From Clostridia bacterium (lineage in GTDB: Bacteria; Bacillota; Clostridia; Christensenellales; UBA1242), in NCBI GenBank assembly GCA_017964105.1, contig JAGCSP010000003.1, positions 1 to 31,020 of the forward strand: DNA of 31,020 nucleotides, given 5' to 3'. A model generated the notes under the pieces. That model ran no database searches. It was not told where the DNA came from and was given only the letters and a program-made list of their open reading frames with translations. Position 1 is the first letter of the stretch. Every line of letters begins with the position of its first letter. The position numbers and the translations under genes are program-made. This document shows, piece after piece, positions 1 through 8,823 of the stretch.

Positions 1-2
1 TA

Positions 3-548
3 AAAATATATAAACCAAAAATCCCTGTGGTGTATAACACAAATGGATATGATGATGTGGAAACATTAATTAAACTTGCACCATATATTGATATATATCT
101 AACAGATTTGAAATACTTCGATAATAAACTTAGCCAAAAATATTCAAATTGTGCAGATTATTTTGAAAAGGCAACGTGTGCTATATTGCAAATGCGAAAA
201 AATCAACCAAAAGATGTTATTCGCGGTGGACTAATGAAAAAAGGTGTGATAATTCGTCATCTAGTTTTACCCACCCACACAGATGACACAATTCAAGTGA
301 TTGATTGGGTGGCAAACAATTTGGGTAATAAAACAATACTAAACTTAATGAGTCAATATGTGCCAATGTACAAAGCAGATGAGTACCCTGAAATAAACAG
401 AAAACTAAAACCACTAGAATATAAGCGAGTGGTGAGTTATATGATAGGAAAAGGTCTAACAAATGGATACACGCAAGAACTCAGTTCTGCCACAACAAAT
501 GAAACACCAAAATTTGATTTAAGCGGACTAGATGGGGTAATCGCTTGA
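3..548 (+). CDS. Radical SAM protein, PflX/PFL-activase-like, C-terminal part (5' end outside window)
   Basis: Frame is open from base 3 (KIYKPKIPVVYNTNGYD...). Motifs VVYNTNGY, IDIYLTDLKY, IIRHLVLP and NLMSQYVP are typical of the C-terminal half of PflX-like radical SAM proteins. The CxxxCxxC motif is not in the window. Confidence 0.8.
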   Translation, partial: KIYKPKIPVVYNTNGYDDVETLIKLAPYIDIYLTDLKYFDNKLSQKYSNCADYFEKATCAILQMRKNQPKDVIRGGLMKKGVIIRHLVLPTHTDDTIQVIDWVANNLGNKTILNLMSQYVPMYKADEYPEINRKLKPLEYKRVVSYMIGKGLTNGYTQELSSATTNETPKFDLSGLDGVIA

Positions 549-619
549 CCAACTACAAATAAAAGTACTAAAATATAATCTAGTGATAACTAGTTTATAT
601 TTTTTTGAGGAAATAGTTA

Positions 620-1990
620 ATGAAAGAAGCAAAAAATAAATGTTTAGCAAAAATTGATAGATTTTTTAGCATTTCAAAGCGCGGTGGCACATTTGGTAGA
701 GAATTTTTGGGTGGTCTTGTAAACTTCCTTGTTATGTCATACATAGCAATTCTTGTTCCAAGCTTGCTATCTGGCATGATTGGAAGTGAGTTATATAATG
801 CATTATTCTTGGGCACAATACTCTCAGTTGTTACTGCAACACTTGCAATGGGTATTTATGGTAACTTGCCAATTGTGTTGGCGCCAGGCCTTGGTGTTGT
901 GACTTATCTTATTTCACTTGTGCAAGCAGGTAAATATACATATCCACAAGTGTTAACAATTAGTCTTATTGCTGGTGTGATATTTATAATAGTTACTGTT
1001 TCTGGTGTGCGTGACAAAATTATTGCAGGTATGCCAGCAATAATTAAAACTAGCATGGGCGTTGGTATTGGTATGTTTATTGCATCCATTGGACTAAATA
1101 GTGATAATAGTCACATATTGGACTTTTTGTCAGGTAATTTTAGCAAAGAAGTCATTCTTGCTGCTGTTGTTGCAATATTTGGACTATTTGTAATGCTAAT
1201 CTTGAAACATTATAAAATTCGTTCAAACATATTTATTGGTATGCTTAGCGCAATTGTGCTAGATATAATTATCAAAGCATGTATGGGTGTAAACGCATTT
1301 GCAGGTTTATCAGAAGCATGGGGTAGCGATTTTAGTACATACGGTGGCAACTTCTTTAATTTTGATTTTGTCGGTATATTTAGTGGTGGTGCAGTGCATG
1401 TGTTTACCACGATACTTGTGATATTCAGTTTCTTCCTTGTAGATATGTTTGATACACTTGGCACGCTTTATAGTGTGTGCAAGCAAGGCAACTTGTATGA
1501 CGAGCATGGCAATATGATTAATGTAAAGCGTGCTATGATTGTGGATAGCAGTTCATCAGTAGTGGCAGCGCTATTTGGCCTTCCTACTTGCACATCGTTT
1601 GTAGAGAGTGCATCTGGTATTTCCAGCGGTGCAAAAACTGGTCTTGCAAGCATCGTTACAGGATTATGCTTTGTGCTAATGTTAGGCCTTAGCCCATTAC
1701 TTAGTTTAATTCCTTTGTATGTAACAGCACCAGCTTTGATTTATGTTGGCATGCTTATGCTTAGTGATGTTGTGAACTTGGATTTATCAAACTTTACAAA
1801 TCTTGCAACATCTATGGCAACCATTATCATTATGCCACTTACTGGCAACATTACTTATGGTATTGCAGCAGGTATGATAATTCATACTGTGCTACAAGTA
1901 TGTGCAGGAAAATACAAAGAAGTGAATGTATTTACTTACATTGTGACAATATTATTTATAATATTCTTTGCAACTCAAGGACTTGTGTAA
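620..1990 (+). CDS. NCS2 family (AzgA/PbuG-like) purine permease
   Basis: 456 aa, highly hydrophobic. Motifs APGLG, DMFDTLGTL, TSFVESASGISSGAKTGL and TAPALIYVG. Confidence 0.92.
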   Translation: MKEAKNKCLAKIDRFFSISKRGGTFGREFLGGLVNFLVMSYIAILVPSLLSGMIGSELYNALFLGTILSVVTATLAMGIYGNLPIVLAPGLGVVTYLISLVQAGKYTYPQVLTISLIAGVIFIIVTVSGVRDKIIAGMPAIIKTSMGVGIGMFIASIGLNSDNSHILDFLSGNFSKEVILAAVVAIFGLFVMLILKHYKIRSNIFIGMLSAIVLDIIIKACMGVNAFAGLSEAWGSDFSTYGGNFFNFDFVGIFSGGAVHVFTTILVIFSFFLVDMFDTLGTLYSVCKQGNLYDEHGNMINVKRAMIVDSSSSVVAALFGLPTCTSFVESASGISSGAKTGLASIVTGLCFVLMLGLSPLLSLIPLYVTAPALIYVGMLMLSDVVNLDLSNFTNLATSMATIIIMPLTGNITYGIAAGMIIHTVLQVCAGKYKEVNVFTYIVTILFIIFFATQGLV

Positions 1991-1994
1991 TTAA

Positions 1995-3275
1995 ATGAAA
2001 GATAAAGCATGGTACAAACTTGATAATGCAGCCAATATTTACCCACCTACCACAAATTCTGATAGGCAAGCAAATTTTGGACTTACTGCAGTTTTGACTG
2101 AGGCAATTGACCCCGTAGTTTTGTCGCATGCTGTAAATGAAGTATTAAAGAGATTTCCAACATACAAAACCAAATTGAAACGTGGTGTGTTTTGGTATTA
2201 TCTAGAAGAAAATACTAAGCCATTTGTAGTGCATGAGATGGAAGAAAATTATCTTGGCCACATAAATGAAAAAAAGAATAACAATTATTTGTTTAAGGTG
2301 TATTACAAAGATAGAACGCTTTGCCTTGTGGTGTATCACGCATTATCTGATGGCAATGGTGGGCTAGATGTATTTAAAGCACTAATTTATGAATACCTAA
2401 AACTCAGTGGTAAAAATGTAAAAACAGAAGGGATGGTGCAAAAATCAATGAATGCACCACATGTGCCTAGTGAATATGCCGACACATTTAATGCTGTGTA
2501 CAATTCAGGCGCTGGCAAAGTGAAAAAAGAGAAAAATGCATTCAAAACATATGGCTCACATTTTGCATATGATGGCTTTGGCGAAATTGTTGGTAAAATA
2601 AAAGTTGAAGATTTAAAACGCGTGGCAAAAGAAAAAGATTGCACAGTAACAGTACTGCTCAGTGCTGCAAGCTTGTACGCCACATATTTAGGTTTTATCA
2701 AAAATAAAAAAGTTAAAAATAAGTATGTTACAGCGCTAGTGCCTGTGGATATGCGCAAATGGTATCCTAGTGAAACAGTGCGAAATTTTGCTTTGTTTGT
2801 GCGACTTAGTCATGACTTTGAAAAAGAAGTTACACTTGACGATTGCATTGCAGAATGCAAAGAGCAAATGAAAGAATATCTCACAAAAGAAAATTTAGAT
2901 AAAATAATTACATTCAATGTAAAGCAAGAACGTAATGTGGCATTGAAACTTGTGCCATTATTCATAAAAGATGTGGCAATGCGAATTGTGTATAGGCACG
3001 TGGGAGATAACTTGCACAGTTATAATTTAAGTAACTTAGGTGTAGTAACTTTGCCAGATAGTGTGTCGAAATACGTTACAGATTTAAAATTTAGTTTGGC
3101 GCCAAGTTACAGTAACAACAATCATATTGCAATAGTTAGTTACAATGGCAATTGCTATATCACTTGCACAAGAAACATTGTTGAAAATTATTTGGAAAAA
3201 GAATTTTTCCGCATATTATCAGGATTTGGGCTCGATGTGGAATTGTATTCAAATTACTGGGAGGCAACACTATGA
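1995..3275 (+). CDS. Alcohol acetyltransferase / condensation-domain-like CoA-dependent acyltransferase
   Basis: N-terminal WYKLDNAANIYP, catalytic HxxxDG motif (HALSDG), PVDMR..SETVRNF and LSNLG motifs. Confidence 0.82.
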   Translation: MKDKAWYKLDNAANIYPPTTNSDRQANFGLTAVLTEAIDPVVLSHAVNEVLKRFPTYKTKLKRGVFWYYLEENTKPFVVHEMEENYLGHINEKKNNNYLFKVYYKDRTLCLVVYHALSDGNGGLDVFKALIYEYLKLSGKNVKTEGMVQKSMNAPHVPSEYADTFNAVYNSGAGKVKKEKNAFKTYGSHFAYDGFGEIVGKIKVEDLKRVAKEKDCTVTVLLSAASLYATYLGFIKNKKVKNKYVTALVPVDMRKWYPSETVRNFALFVRLSHDFEKEVTLDDCIAECKEQMKEYLTKENLDKIITFNVKQERNVALKLVPLFIKDVAMRIVYRHVGDNLHSYNLSNLGVVTLPDSVSKYVTDLKFSLAPSYSNNNHIAIVSYNGNCYITCTRNIVENYLEKEFFRILSGFGLDVELYSNYWEATL

Positions 3276-3949
3276 AAAAATGTGAAATTTGCAGTGTAAA
3301 AATTGCTTCCGACAAACATTATTGCCCATTATGTTATAACGACATAGATGGCGAAAATGCAAATGAATATCCACTAACAGAAATTAAAACGGCAGATGTT
3401 AAAACAAAGCACACTGGTAGATTTTTGGCAAAATTGTTTTTTATCATTTCGCTTGCCACATTTGGCATTTGTGTATTTGTAAATATTGAAAGCAAGGGAA
3501 GCTATTTGTGGAGCATGATTGTGCTAACAAGTATTGTGTACCTATGGATACTTGTAGCACATACAATATTGAGCAAGCGCAGTGTATTTGAAAAAATGTT
3601 GTTTCAGTTACTAGGTGTATTTGCAGTTGTCGCCACAACTTATGCGTTGTCACCTGTTGAGACAGATAATTGGCTAGTGCGCTATGTATATCCAGGTGTT
3701 AGCATGCTTGCAGTTGCTGTAATGTGCTTAATGAGTTTTATATCTAAAAACAGAAAATCACATCTATTTAGTTTTCTTGTGATATATATAGGATTGCTTG
3801 TAATATCAATCATTCTTGTGTTTACAATTGATAGTTACAAAACAATAAACAATGTAAATATGCTTGTAACTGCTATTGCAAGTGTGGGCACAGTACTTTT
3901 AGGATACAGGAGTATTCACAAAGAATTTGTAAAAGTTTTTCATTTATAA
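3272..3949 (+). CDS. DUF6320-like membrane protein with N-terminal zinc ribbon
   Basis: CxxC...CPLC at the N-terminus followed by ~6 hydrophobic segments. ATGA overlap with the upstream acyltransferase. Confidence 0.7.
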   Translation: MKKCEICSVKIASDKHYCPLCYNDIDGENANEYPLTEIKTADVKTKHTGRFLAKLFFIISLATFGICVFVNIESKGSYLWSMIVLTSIVYLWILVAHTILSKRSVFEKMLFQLLGVFAVVATTYALSPVETDNWLVRYVYPGVSMLAVAVMCLMSFISKNRKSHLFSFLVIYIGLLVISIILVFTIDSYKTINNVNMLVTAIASVGTVLLGYRSIHKEFVKVFHL

Positions 3950-3966
3950 AATGAAACAAATAAGAT

Positions 3967-3995
3967 TTGACACTATTTTGTTATTTTACTATACT
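3967..3995 (+). promoter_or_regulatory. Sigma70/SigA-type promoter for the panE-like/yqeY/PAP2 genes
   Basis: TTGACA (3967-3972), 17-nt spacer, TATACT (3990-3995). Confidence 0.7.
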
Positions 3996-4012
3996 GATGT
4001 AGGTAAGAAATT

Positions 4013-5050
4013 ATGGAAAAATTAAAAAACTTAAAAATTGGCGTAATAGGTGGTGGAGCCATTGGTGGAGTGATGGGAACATTGCTTTCATACAATGGAT
4101 ACGATGTGGAAATAAGCAAACGAATTGATTCAGAATTTGTTATTATTGATAATTCTGTACTCATGGAAATTACAGGACAATTTGGCGAAGTAAGTTGCTT
4201 AGTTCCTCACGTGGCAGATAATGAGTTTACTACCAAAAAAGATATTATCTTCTTGTGTATTAGTGCATACAACCTTAGTTGGTGTATGGAAAAAGCTCTA
4301 AAACAATTAAAGCCAAATGGTGTAATTGTTGCATTGCAACAAGTAATGTCGCTAGATGAACTAATGTCAAAAATACCAACAAATAAGTTATTTTTGCTAT
4401 ACAATGACTGGAATGCAGTGCGTCTTACCGGCAAAGATATATTTGTGTATGATAGTGGTGATATGCACCTTGGTGCTGTAAGCAACAAACTTGATATGCC
4501 ACTAAGCACAATTCAAAAAGTACTTTCTTGCATTACAGATGTTCAAATAGAAAATGACTTTTTAACATTCTTTTCATCAAGATTTATTCTTGATAACACA
4601 TTGCTTTGCATGGGTGCTGTTTGCGGATTGAATGTGGGTAAATTTTTAAGTTTGAAACAAGGTAAAAATATATTTATTCACTTGATTCAAGAGAACGTAA
4701 AAATATTACACAAAGCCAAGATGGAAATTGAACCATTTAATGGTGTGTTTGATTACGAACTATTTGCAAAAAATAGCATACCAGCATTAATTTATAGATC
4801 TAGAATGTTTAGGCGATTGATTATGCAAAATGGTCAAGTAGTATCAAGAATGCTAAGACGATTTGAAAATAATAAGAAAACAGAAGTGGATTACCTAATG
4901 GCAAAAGTGTGTGCATGGGGTAAAAAACTAAAAATAAAAACACCATATTCAGACGCAACAAACGAGATATTGCAACAAATTGCAGCAAAAGAACGTACAA
5001 TATGTGTAGAGAATTTTGAAGATGAATTATATACAAACATAAAGGGGTAG
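4013..5050 (+). CDS. Ketopantoate reductase (PanE/ApbA)-like protein, divergent
   Basis: Rossmann motif IGVIGGGAIGG and C-terminal KTEVDY. The expected catalytic K..N appears as R..D (see findings). Confidence 0.75.
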   Translation: MEKLKNLKIGVIGGGAIGGVMGTLLSYNGYDVEISKRIDSEFVIIDNSVLMEITGQFGEVSCLVPHVADNEFTTKKDIIFLCISAYNLSWCMEKALKQLKPNGVIVALQQVMSLDELMSKIPTNKLFLLYNDWNAVRLTGKDIFVYDSGDMHLGAVSNKLDMPLSTIQKVLSCITDVQIENDFLTFFSSRFILDNTLLCMGAVCGLNVGKFLSLKQGKNIFIHLIQENVKILHKAKMEIEPFNGVFDYELFAKNSIPALIYRSRMFRRLIMQNGQVVSRMLRRFENNKKTEVDYLMAKVCAWGKKLKIKTPYSDATNEILQQIAAKERTICVENFEDELYTNIKG

Positions 5051-5054
5051 GATT

Positions 5055-5477
5055 ATGATTATTGATGAAATCAAAAAGGCAAATGTGCAAGCAATGAAAG
5101 ATAAAGATGCAAATCTTCGCAGCATCTATTCAGTTGTAATAAATAAATATATGCTTGCCACAGTAGAAGCGCGCACCACAGGCAAAGAAGTGGACGATGC
5201 TCAAATGGTAAAAATCATTCAAAAAACCATTAAAGAATTAGAAGAAGAAAAGGCAAACTATGAGCGTGTTGGTCACACAGAAACTGCAAATAACATTGCA
5301 GCACAAAAGGCAGTGCTAGAAAAATATTTGCCACAACTTCTTGGCGAAGAAGAAATTAAGAAAATTATTTTGTCATTAGATGATAAAACAGTGCCAGCTG
5401 TAATGCGTCATTTTAAATCAAATTATAATGGCCAGGTGGACATGAAAACGGTTAGTGATGTATTAAAAACCATATAA
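5055..5477 (+). CDS. yqeY: GatB/YqeY domain protein
   Basis: 140 aa. Starts IIDEIKKANVQAMKDKD; contains LEKYLPQLL; ends GQVDMKTV. Confidence 0.9.
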   Translation: MIIDEIKKANVQAMKDKDANLRSIYSVVINKYMLATVEARTTGKEVDDAQMVKIIQKTIKELEEEKANYERVGHTETANNIAAQKAVLEKYLPQLLGEEEIKKIILSLDDKTVPAVMRHFKSNYNGQVDMKTVSDVLKTI

Positions 5478-5500
5478 AAATTAAGGATTTTACATAAAAA

Positions 5501-6244
5501 GTGGAGCAAAAAGAGAAAATATCTTTTGAAAAGAGCGGTATAAAACGCAGAGTAAAAAGCATATGGAATACAATTAAATATGGCGTAGTTCCGTTTTTGT
5601 GCCTTGCTGCTGCCAACGTGTTGTCTTGGGCAGGTAATCAATTGTTTGGAGCAAAACATGGAATGCAACCAAATATAGCTATGGACGCAAACATACCGTT
5701 TGTGTCTTGGTTTATTTTGTTTTATTATGTGTGTTTTCCTGTGGCTATTGTTGCATTATTTGTAGCATTTGCTAAAAATAGAAAGCGTGGATATGATGTT
5801 GCTTTTACGGTAACAATTGCACTATTAATCTCTGGACTTGTGTATTTATTTTGGCCAACAGAATTTCCATTAGAATGGAAGTATTCTTGGTTACCAGAAA
5901 ATATGAATTTTTTTGATAGATGGGTACGCTTACTTTGGAATACTGGAATTCCTACATGTTTGTTACCTAGCCAACACTGTTTTTTTGCTATTGCATGTAT
6001 AATCTCCGTGGTTGATTCAGATAATATGAGTTGGTGGTACAGGACAATTATGATTGTGTTTAATATTTGCGTGGTGCTTTCTACATTCTTTTTGAAACAA
6101 CATTTTATATTAGATTTTGTAACAAGCCTTGCAATTATGACAATCATTTACTTAATTGTGCGTCTATGTAAATTTGGAGATAAAATGGATAGCTGGATTA
6201 CGAAACGCGAAGTTATGAAACAAAATAAAAAAAGCACCAAATAA
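5501..6244 (+). CDS. PAP2/Aur1-Ipt1-like membrane phosphatase/phosphotransferase
   Basis: ~6 hydrophobic segments, with PSQH and STFFLKQHFILD matching the PAP2 C2/C3 motifs. GTG start is uncertain. Confidence 0.75.
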   Translation: MEQKEKISFEKSGIKRRVKSIWNTIKYGVVPFLCLAAANVLSWAGNQLFGAKHGMQPNIAMDANIPFVSWFILFYYVCFPVAIVALFVAFAKNRKRGYDVAFTVTIALLISGLVYLFWPTEFPLEWKYSWLPENMNFFDRWVRLLWNTGIPTCLLPSQHCFFAIACIISVVDSDNMSWWYRTIMIVFNICVVLSTFFLKQHFILDFVTSLAIMTIIYLIVRLCKFGDKMDSWITKREVMKQNKKSTK

Positions 6245-6258
6245 TCGGTGCCTTTTTT
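6228..6258. terminator. Bidirectional intrinsic terminator
   Basis: AAAAAAGCACC...GGTGCCTTTTTT between convergent genes. Confidence 0.75.
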
Positions 6259-6259
6259 G

Positions 6260-6694
6260 TTATCTGCGTTTGTTTGCAGGACTTTCGCTATACACTACAA
6301 TTCTTTCACCAAGTGAATAGATGATGATAGATAGGATGTTTATTGTAGCAACTAGTCCAATCATGCCACCATATAGGCCAAGCATTTCGGTAGGTATTAC
6401 GCCACCAACAGATAGCGAACTACCAAGTACCATGCTTACAATAATCACAGCGAAAGTGAGAATGTATAATATTATTCCAGATGTAAATTTACCACTGCCT
6501 GCAAATGTGCACACAATATCAAGTATGATATTTAGCACAAGTGCACTAATGAGTACATAGTAAGCTATTTCTGCCCATAGTGGTAGTGTGGTTGTTGTAA
6601 GTAAAATGTAAGCAAATACCACAAATGTAATCATAAATGCAATTAAGGCAAAGTATGTCATAACGGATAATACTTTCTTTTCACCAGTGTACAT
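6260..6694 (-). CDS. Hypothetical 4-TM membrane protein
   Basis: 144 aa with four hydrophobic segments. SD-like GGAGG (reverse complement of CCTCC) just upstream of the start. Confidence 0.75.
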   Translation of the reverse strand: MYTGEKKVLSVMTYFALIAFMITFVVFAYILLTTTTLPLWAEIAYYVLISALVLNIILDIVCTFAGSGKFTSGIILYILTFAVIIVSMVLGSSLSVGGVIPTEMLGLYGGMIGLVATINILSIIIYSLGERIVVYSESPANKRR

Positions 6695-6866
6695 GTTTTT
6701 CCTCCTTATATTTTGTTACTATTATTTTGTATCACTAGTACATTTATTATGCTGGTAAATATTTCTATGTATATATTTAGTATATAAAAAAGTTTATAAA
6801 AACACTTGATTTGTATGTAAGTGTATGTTATTACATAGTGTAAACATTTTTAGGAGATATAGTTTT

Positions 6867-7817
6867 ATGTGGGATATTTTGCTAGATGCATTAGTAGATT
6901 CCTTAAAGTTACTACCAATATTACTTGGTGTATATATCATCATTGAGTTAATAGAAGGGAAAACGTCAGGCAGATTAAAACATAATAAATATTTAAAGAA
7001 TGCATATGCACCTTTGATAGGTAGTGCAGTGGGCATTGTACCACAATGTGGTTTTAGTGTAATCGCTACAGATTTGTATACAAAAAAAGTGTTATCTGTG
7101 GGTACACTTCTTGCTGTATATATTGCAACTAGTGATGAAGCATTGCCAATAATGATAGCAAATCCAGGTAGTTATAAATATTTGTTACCAATGCTACTCA
7201 TCAAGTTTTTACTTGCACTAATTGTGGGATATGCTGCATATTTTATCACTCGTGGCAGAAAAGCCAAAAGTGTGTATGACGAAACACGCGTTGCAAAAAG
7301 TGGATATGTGGGTGCAACTCAACTACAACTAAAAGATATGCAGGTGGAATATGCGTATGTTGCTGCAGATATATATATGGACGAAGAACCAGACAGGGGT
7401 TGCTGTGGACATGATATTGAAACAAACAAATGGAAGCAATATTTACTTCATCCATTAATTCATAGCTTTAAAATATTTGTATATATTTTAATTGTGAATA
7501 TTGTGCTTGGATTTGTGATGCACTATGCAGAAAATGCAGTAACTGAATTTTTAAATTCAGCATATTATGCTCAGCCATTTATTGCTGCACTAGTTGGACT
7601 AATTCCAAATTGTGCATCTAGTGTAATTCTTACAGAACTATTCGTAGGCGGTGCAATTTCATTTGGTGCATGTATGGCAGGGCTAATTGTGAATGCGGGC
7701 ATTGCGCTTGCAGTACTTGTGAAAGACAACAAGAATAAATTAGATACAATTACAATAATTAGTAGTTTGTATTTAATTGGTAGCATTACAGGCCTTATTA
7801 TGAGTTTTATTTGGTAA
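6867..7817 (+). CDS. Putative manganese/metal transporter (ArsP_2-like permease)
   Basis: Start moved to the ATG at 6867 (AGGAG at 6852-6856). Duplicated motifs GIVPQCGFSV / GLIPNCASSV and ATSDEA. Central loop DEEPDRGCCGHD. Confidence 0.78.
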   Translation: MWDILLDALVDSLKLLPILLGVYIIIELIEGKTSGRLKHNKYLKNAYAPLIGSAVGIVPQCGFSVIATDLYTKKVLSVGTLLAVYIATSDEALPIMIANPGSYKYLLPMLLIKFLLALIVGYAAYFITRGRKAKSVYDETRVAKSGYVGATQLQLKDMQVEYAYVAADIYMDEEPDRGCCGHDIETNKWKQYLLHPLIHSFKIFVYILIVNIVLGFVMHYAENAVTEFLNSAYYAQPFIAALVGLIPNCASSVILTELFVGGAISFGACMAGLIVNAGIALAVLVKDNKNKLDTITIISSLYLIGSITGLIMSFIW

Positions 7818-7827
7818 GGTGGTGCGT

Positions 7828-8379
7828 ATGACAAAGAAAAAATTGTTGTTGCATAGTTGCTGTGGTCCATGTAGTAGTGGGGTGATTGAGGGGTTACTTG
7901 ATGAGTTTGATATGACAGTGTATTACTACAACCCAAATATTTATCCAAGAGAAGAATTTGATAAGCGTGCAAACGAACAACTAAAATACTTGCAAATTAT
8001 GAACCTTCCTTGTGTGGTGGGCGAGTATGATGACAAAGCATACTATACGGCAGTGAAAGGTTTAGAAAATGAGCCAGAGGGTGGCAAACGTTGTGCAGAG
8101 TGTTTTAAGCTTAGGTTGCTTGCCACTGCAAAGTATGCCAAAGAACATGGTTTTGATATATTTACAACAACTATGAGTGTGAGTCCACACAAAGATTTTG
8201 AACTACTAAATGAAATTGGGAAAGCAGTAAGTGAAGAAGTGGGCATAGATTACTTGTGGGCGAACTTTAAGAAAAAAGATGGATATCTAAAGAGTATTCG
8301 TAACAGTCAAAAGTATAATTTGTATCGTCAAAACTATTGTGGATGTGTATATTCACTTAATTCACGAGTGGAACATTAA
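7828..8379 (+). CDS. queH: Epoxyqueuosine reductase QueH
   Basis: LLLHSCCGPCS, YYYNPNIYP.EEF.KR, RCAEC..LRL, FTTTMSVSPHK, YRQNYCGC. ATG at 7828. Confidence 0.93.
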   Translation: MTKKKLLLHSCCGPCSSGVIEGLLDEFDMTVYYYNPNIYPREEFDKRANEQLKYLQIMNLPCVVGEYDDKAYYTAVKGLENEPEGGKRCAECFKLRLLATAKYAKEHGFDIFTTTMSVSPHKDFELLNEIGKAVSEEVGIDYLWANFKKKDGYLKSIRNSQKYNLYRQNYCGCVYSLNSRVEH

Positions 8380-8407
8380 AAAGACACTGAAATCGGGTGT
8401 CTTTTTT
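8379..8407 (+). terminator. Intrinsic terminator after queH
   Basis: AAAAGACACT...GGTGTCTTTTTT hairpin with U-tract. Confidence 0.7.
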
Positions 8408-8458
8408 GTTTGCTTTTTTGTGATATATGGTATAATATATAACTATAATAAATAATAT

Positions 8459-8534
8459 GGGCGATTAACTCAGCTGGTAGAGTGTCTCTTTGACGTGGAG
8501 GAAGTCACAGGTTCGAGTCCTGTATCGCCCACCA
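8459..8534 (+). tRNA. tRNA-Val(GAC)
   Basis: 76-nt cloverleaf. Acceptor GGGCGAT/ATCGCCC, D-stem ACTC/GAGT, anticodon GAC at 8492-8494, T-loop TTCGAGT, encoded CCA. Confidence 0.95.
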
Positions 8535-8549
8535 ACTAATGTGGAGTAT

Positions 8550-8625
8550 GGGATCATAGCTCAGTTGGTAGAGCGTTTGAATGGCATTCAAAAGGTCAGG
8601 AGTTCGAGACTCCTTGGCTCCACCA
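8550..8625 (+). tRNA. tRNA-Ala(GGC)
   Basis: 76-nt cloverleaf. Anticodon GGC at 8583-8585, G3:U70 and A73 alanine identity elements, encoded CCA. Acceptor stem has an A4xC69 mismatch. Confidence 0.93.
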
Positions 8626-8626
8626 A

Positions 8627-8671
8627 AATAAATCTAAACCCAATGTATTGAGTTTAGATTTATTATTTTTT
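8627..8671 (+). terminator. 18-bp inverted repeat (1 mismatch) with U-tract after the tRNA pair
   Basis: AATAAATCTAAACCCAAT (8627-8644) / ATTGAGTTTAGATTTATT (8647-8664), then ATTTTTT. Confidence 0.7.
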
Positions 8672-8787
8672 GCCCCTGATTTTATATAAAAAAGCATTTA
8701 AAACTAAAAAATTTTTAAAAATAAATGGCTATATGTAGGTGTTTTATGTTGGTTTATGTAAAATAATGAAAAAGTTGTAAAAAATTA

Positions 8788-8817
8788 TTGACAAATGATA
8801 TATCTATTTGATATTAT
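8788..8817 (+). promoter_or_regulatory. Sigma70-type promoter (extended -10) driving an ORF-free transcript
   Basis: TTGACA 8788-8793, TGaTATTAT 8809-8817 (18-nt spacer), A-tract-rich upstream region. Confidence 0.65.
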
Positions 8818-8823
8818 TATTGA

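Noticed and set aside
549-619. Purine riboswitch upstream of the NCS2 permease
   Set aside because: The intergenic region is only ~70 nt with a weak terminator-like hairpin and no purine aptamer core.
8113-8115. Alternative genetic code (AGG read as Met) as an explanation for the divergent MetRS
   Set aside because: AGG occupies the conserved Arg of the QueH C..C..LRL motif. TGA (546-548) and TAG (5048-5050) end genes normally. CGG usage could not be evaluated by eye.
8459-8534. tRNA-Val with G37 and two G:U pairs in the anticodon stem
   Set aside because: All other arms are perfect and such variation is within the normal range. Not enough to claim altered decoding.
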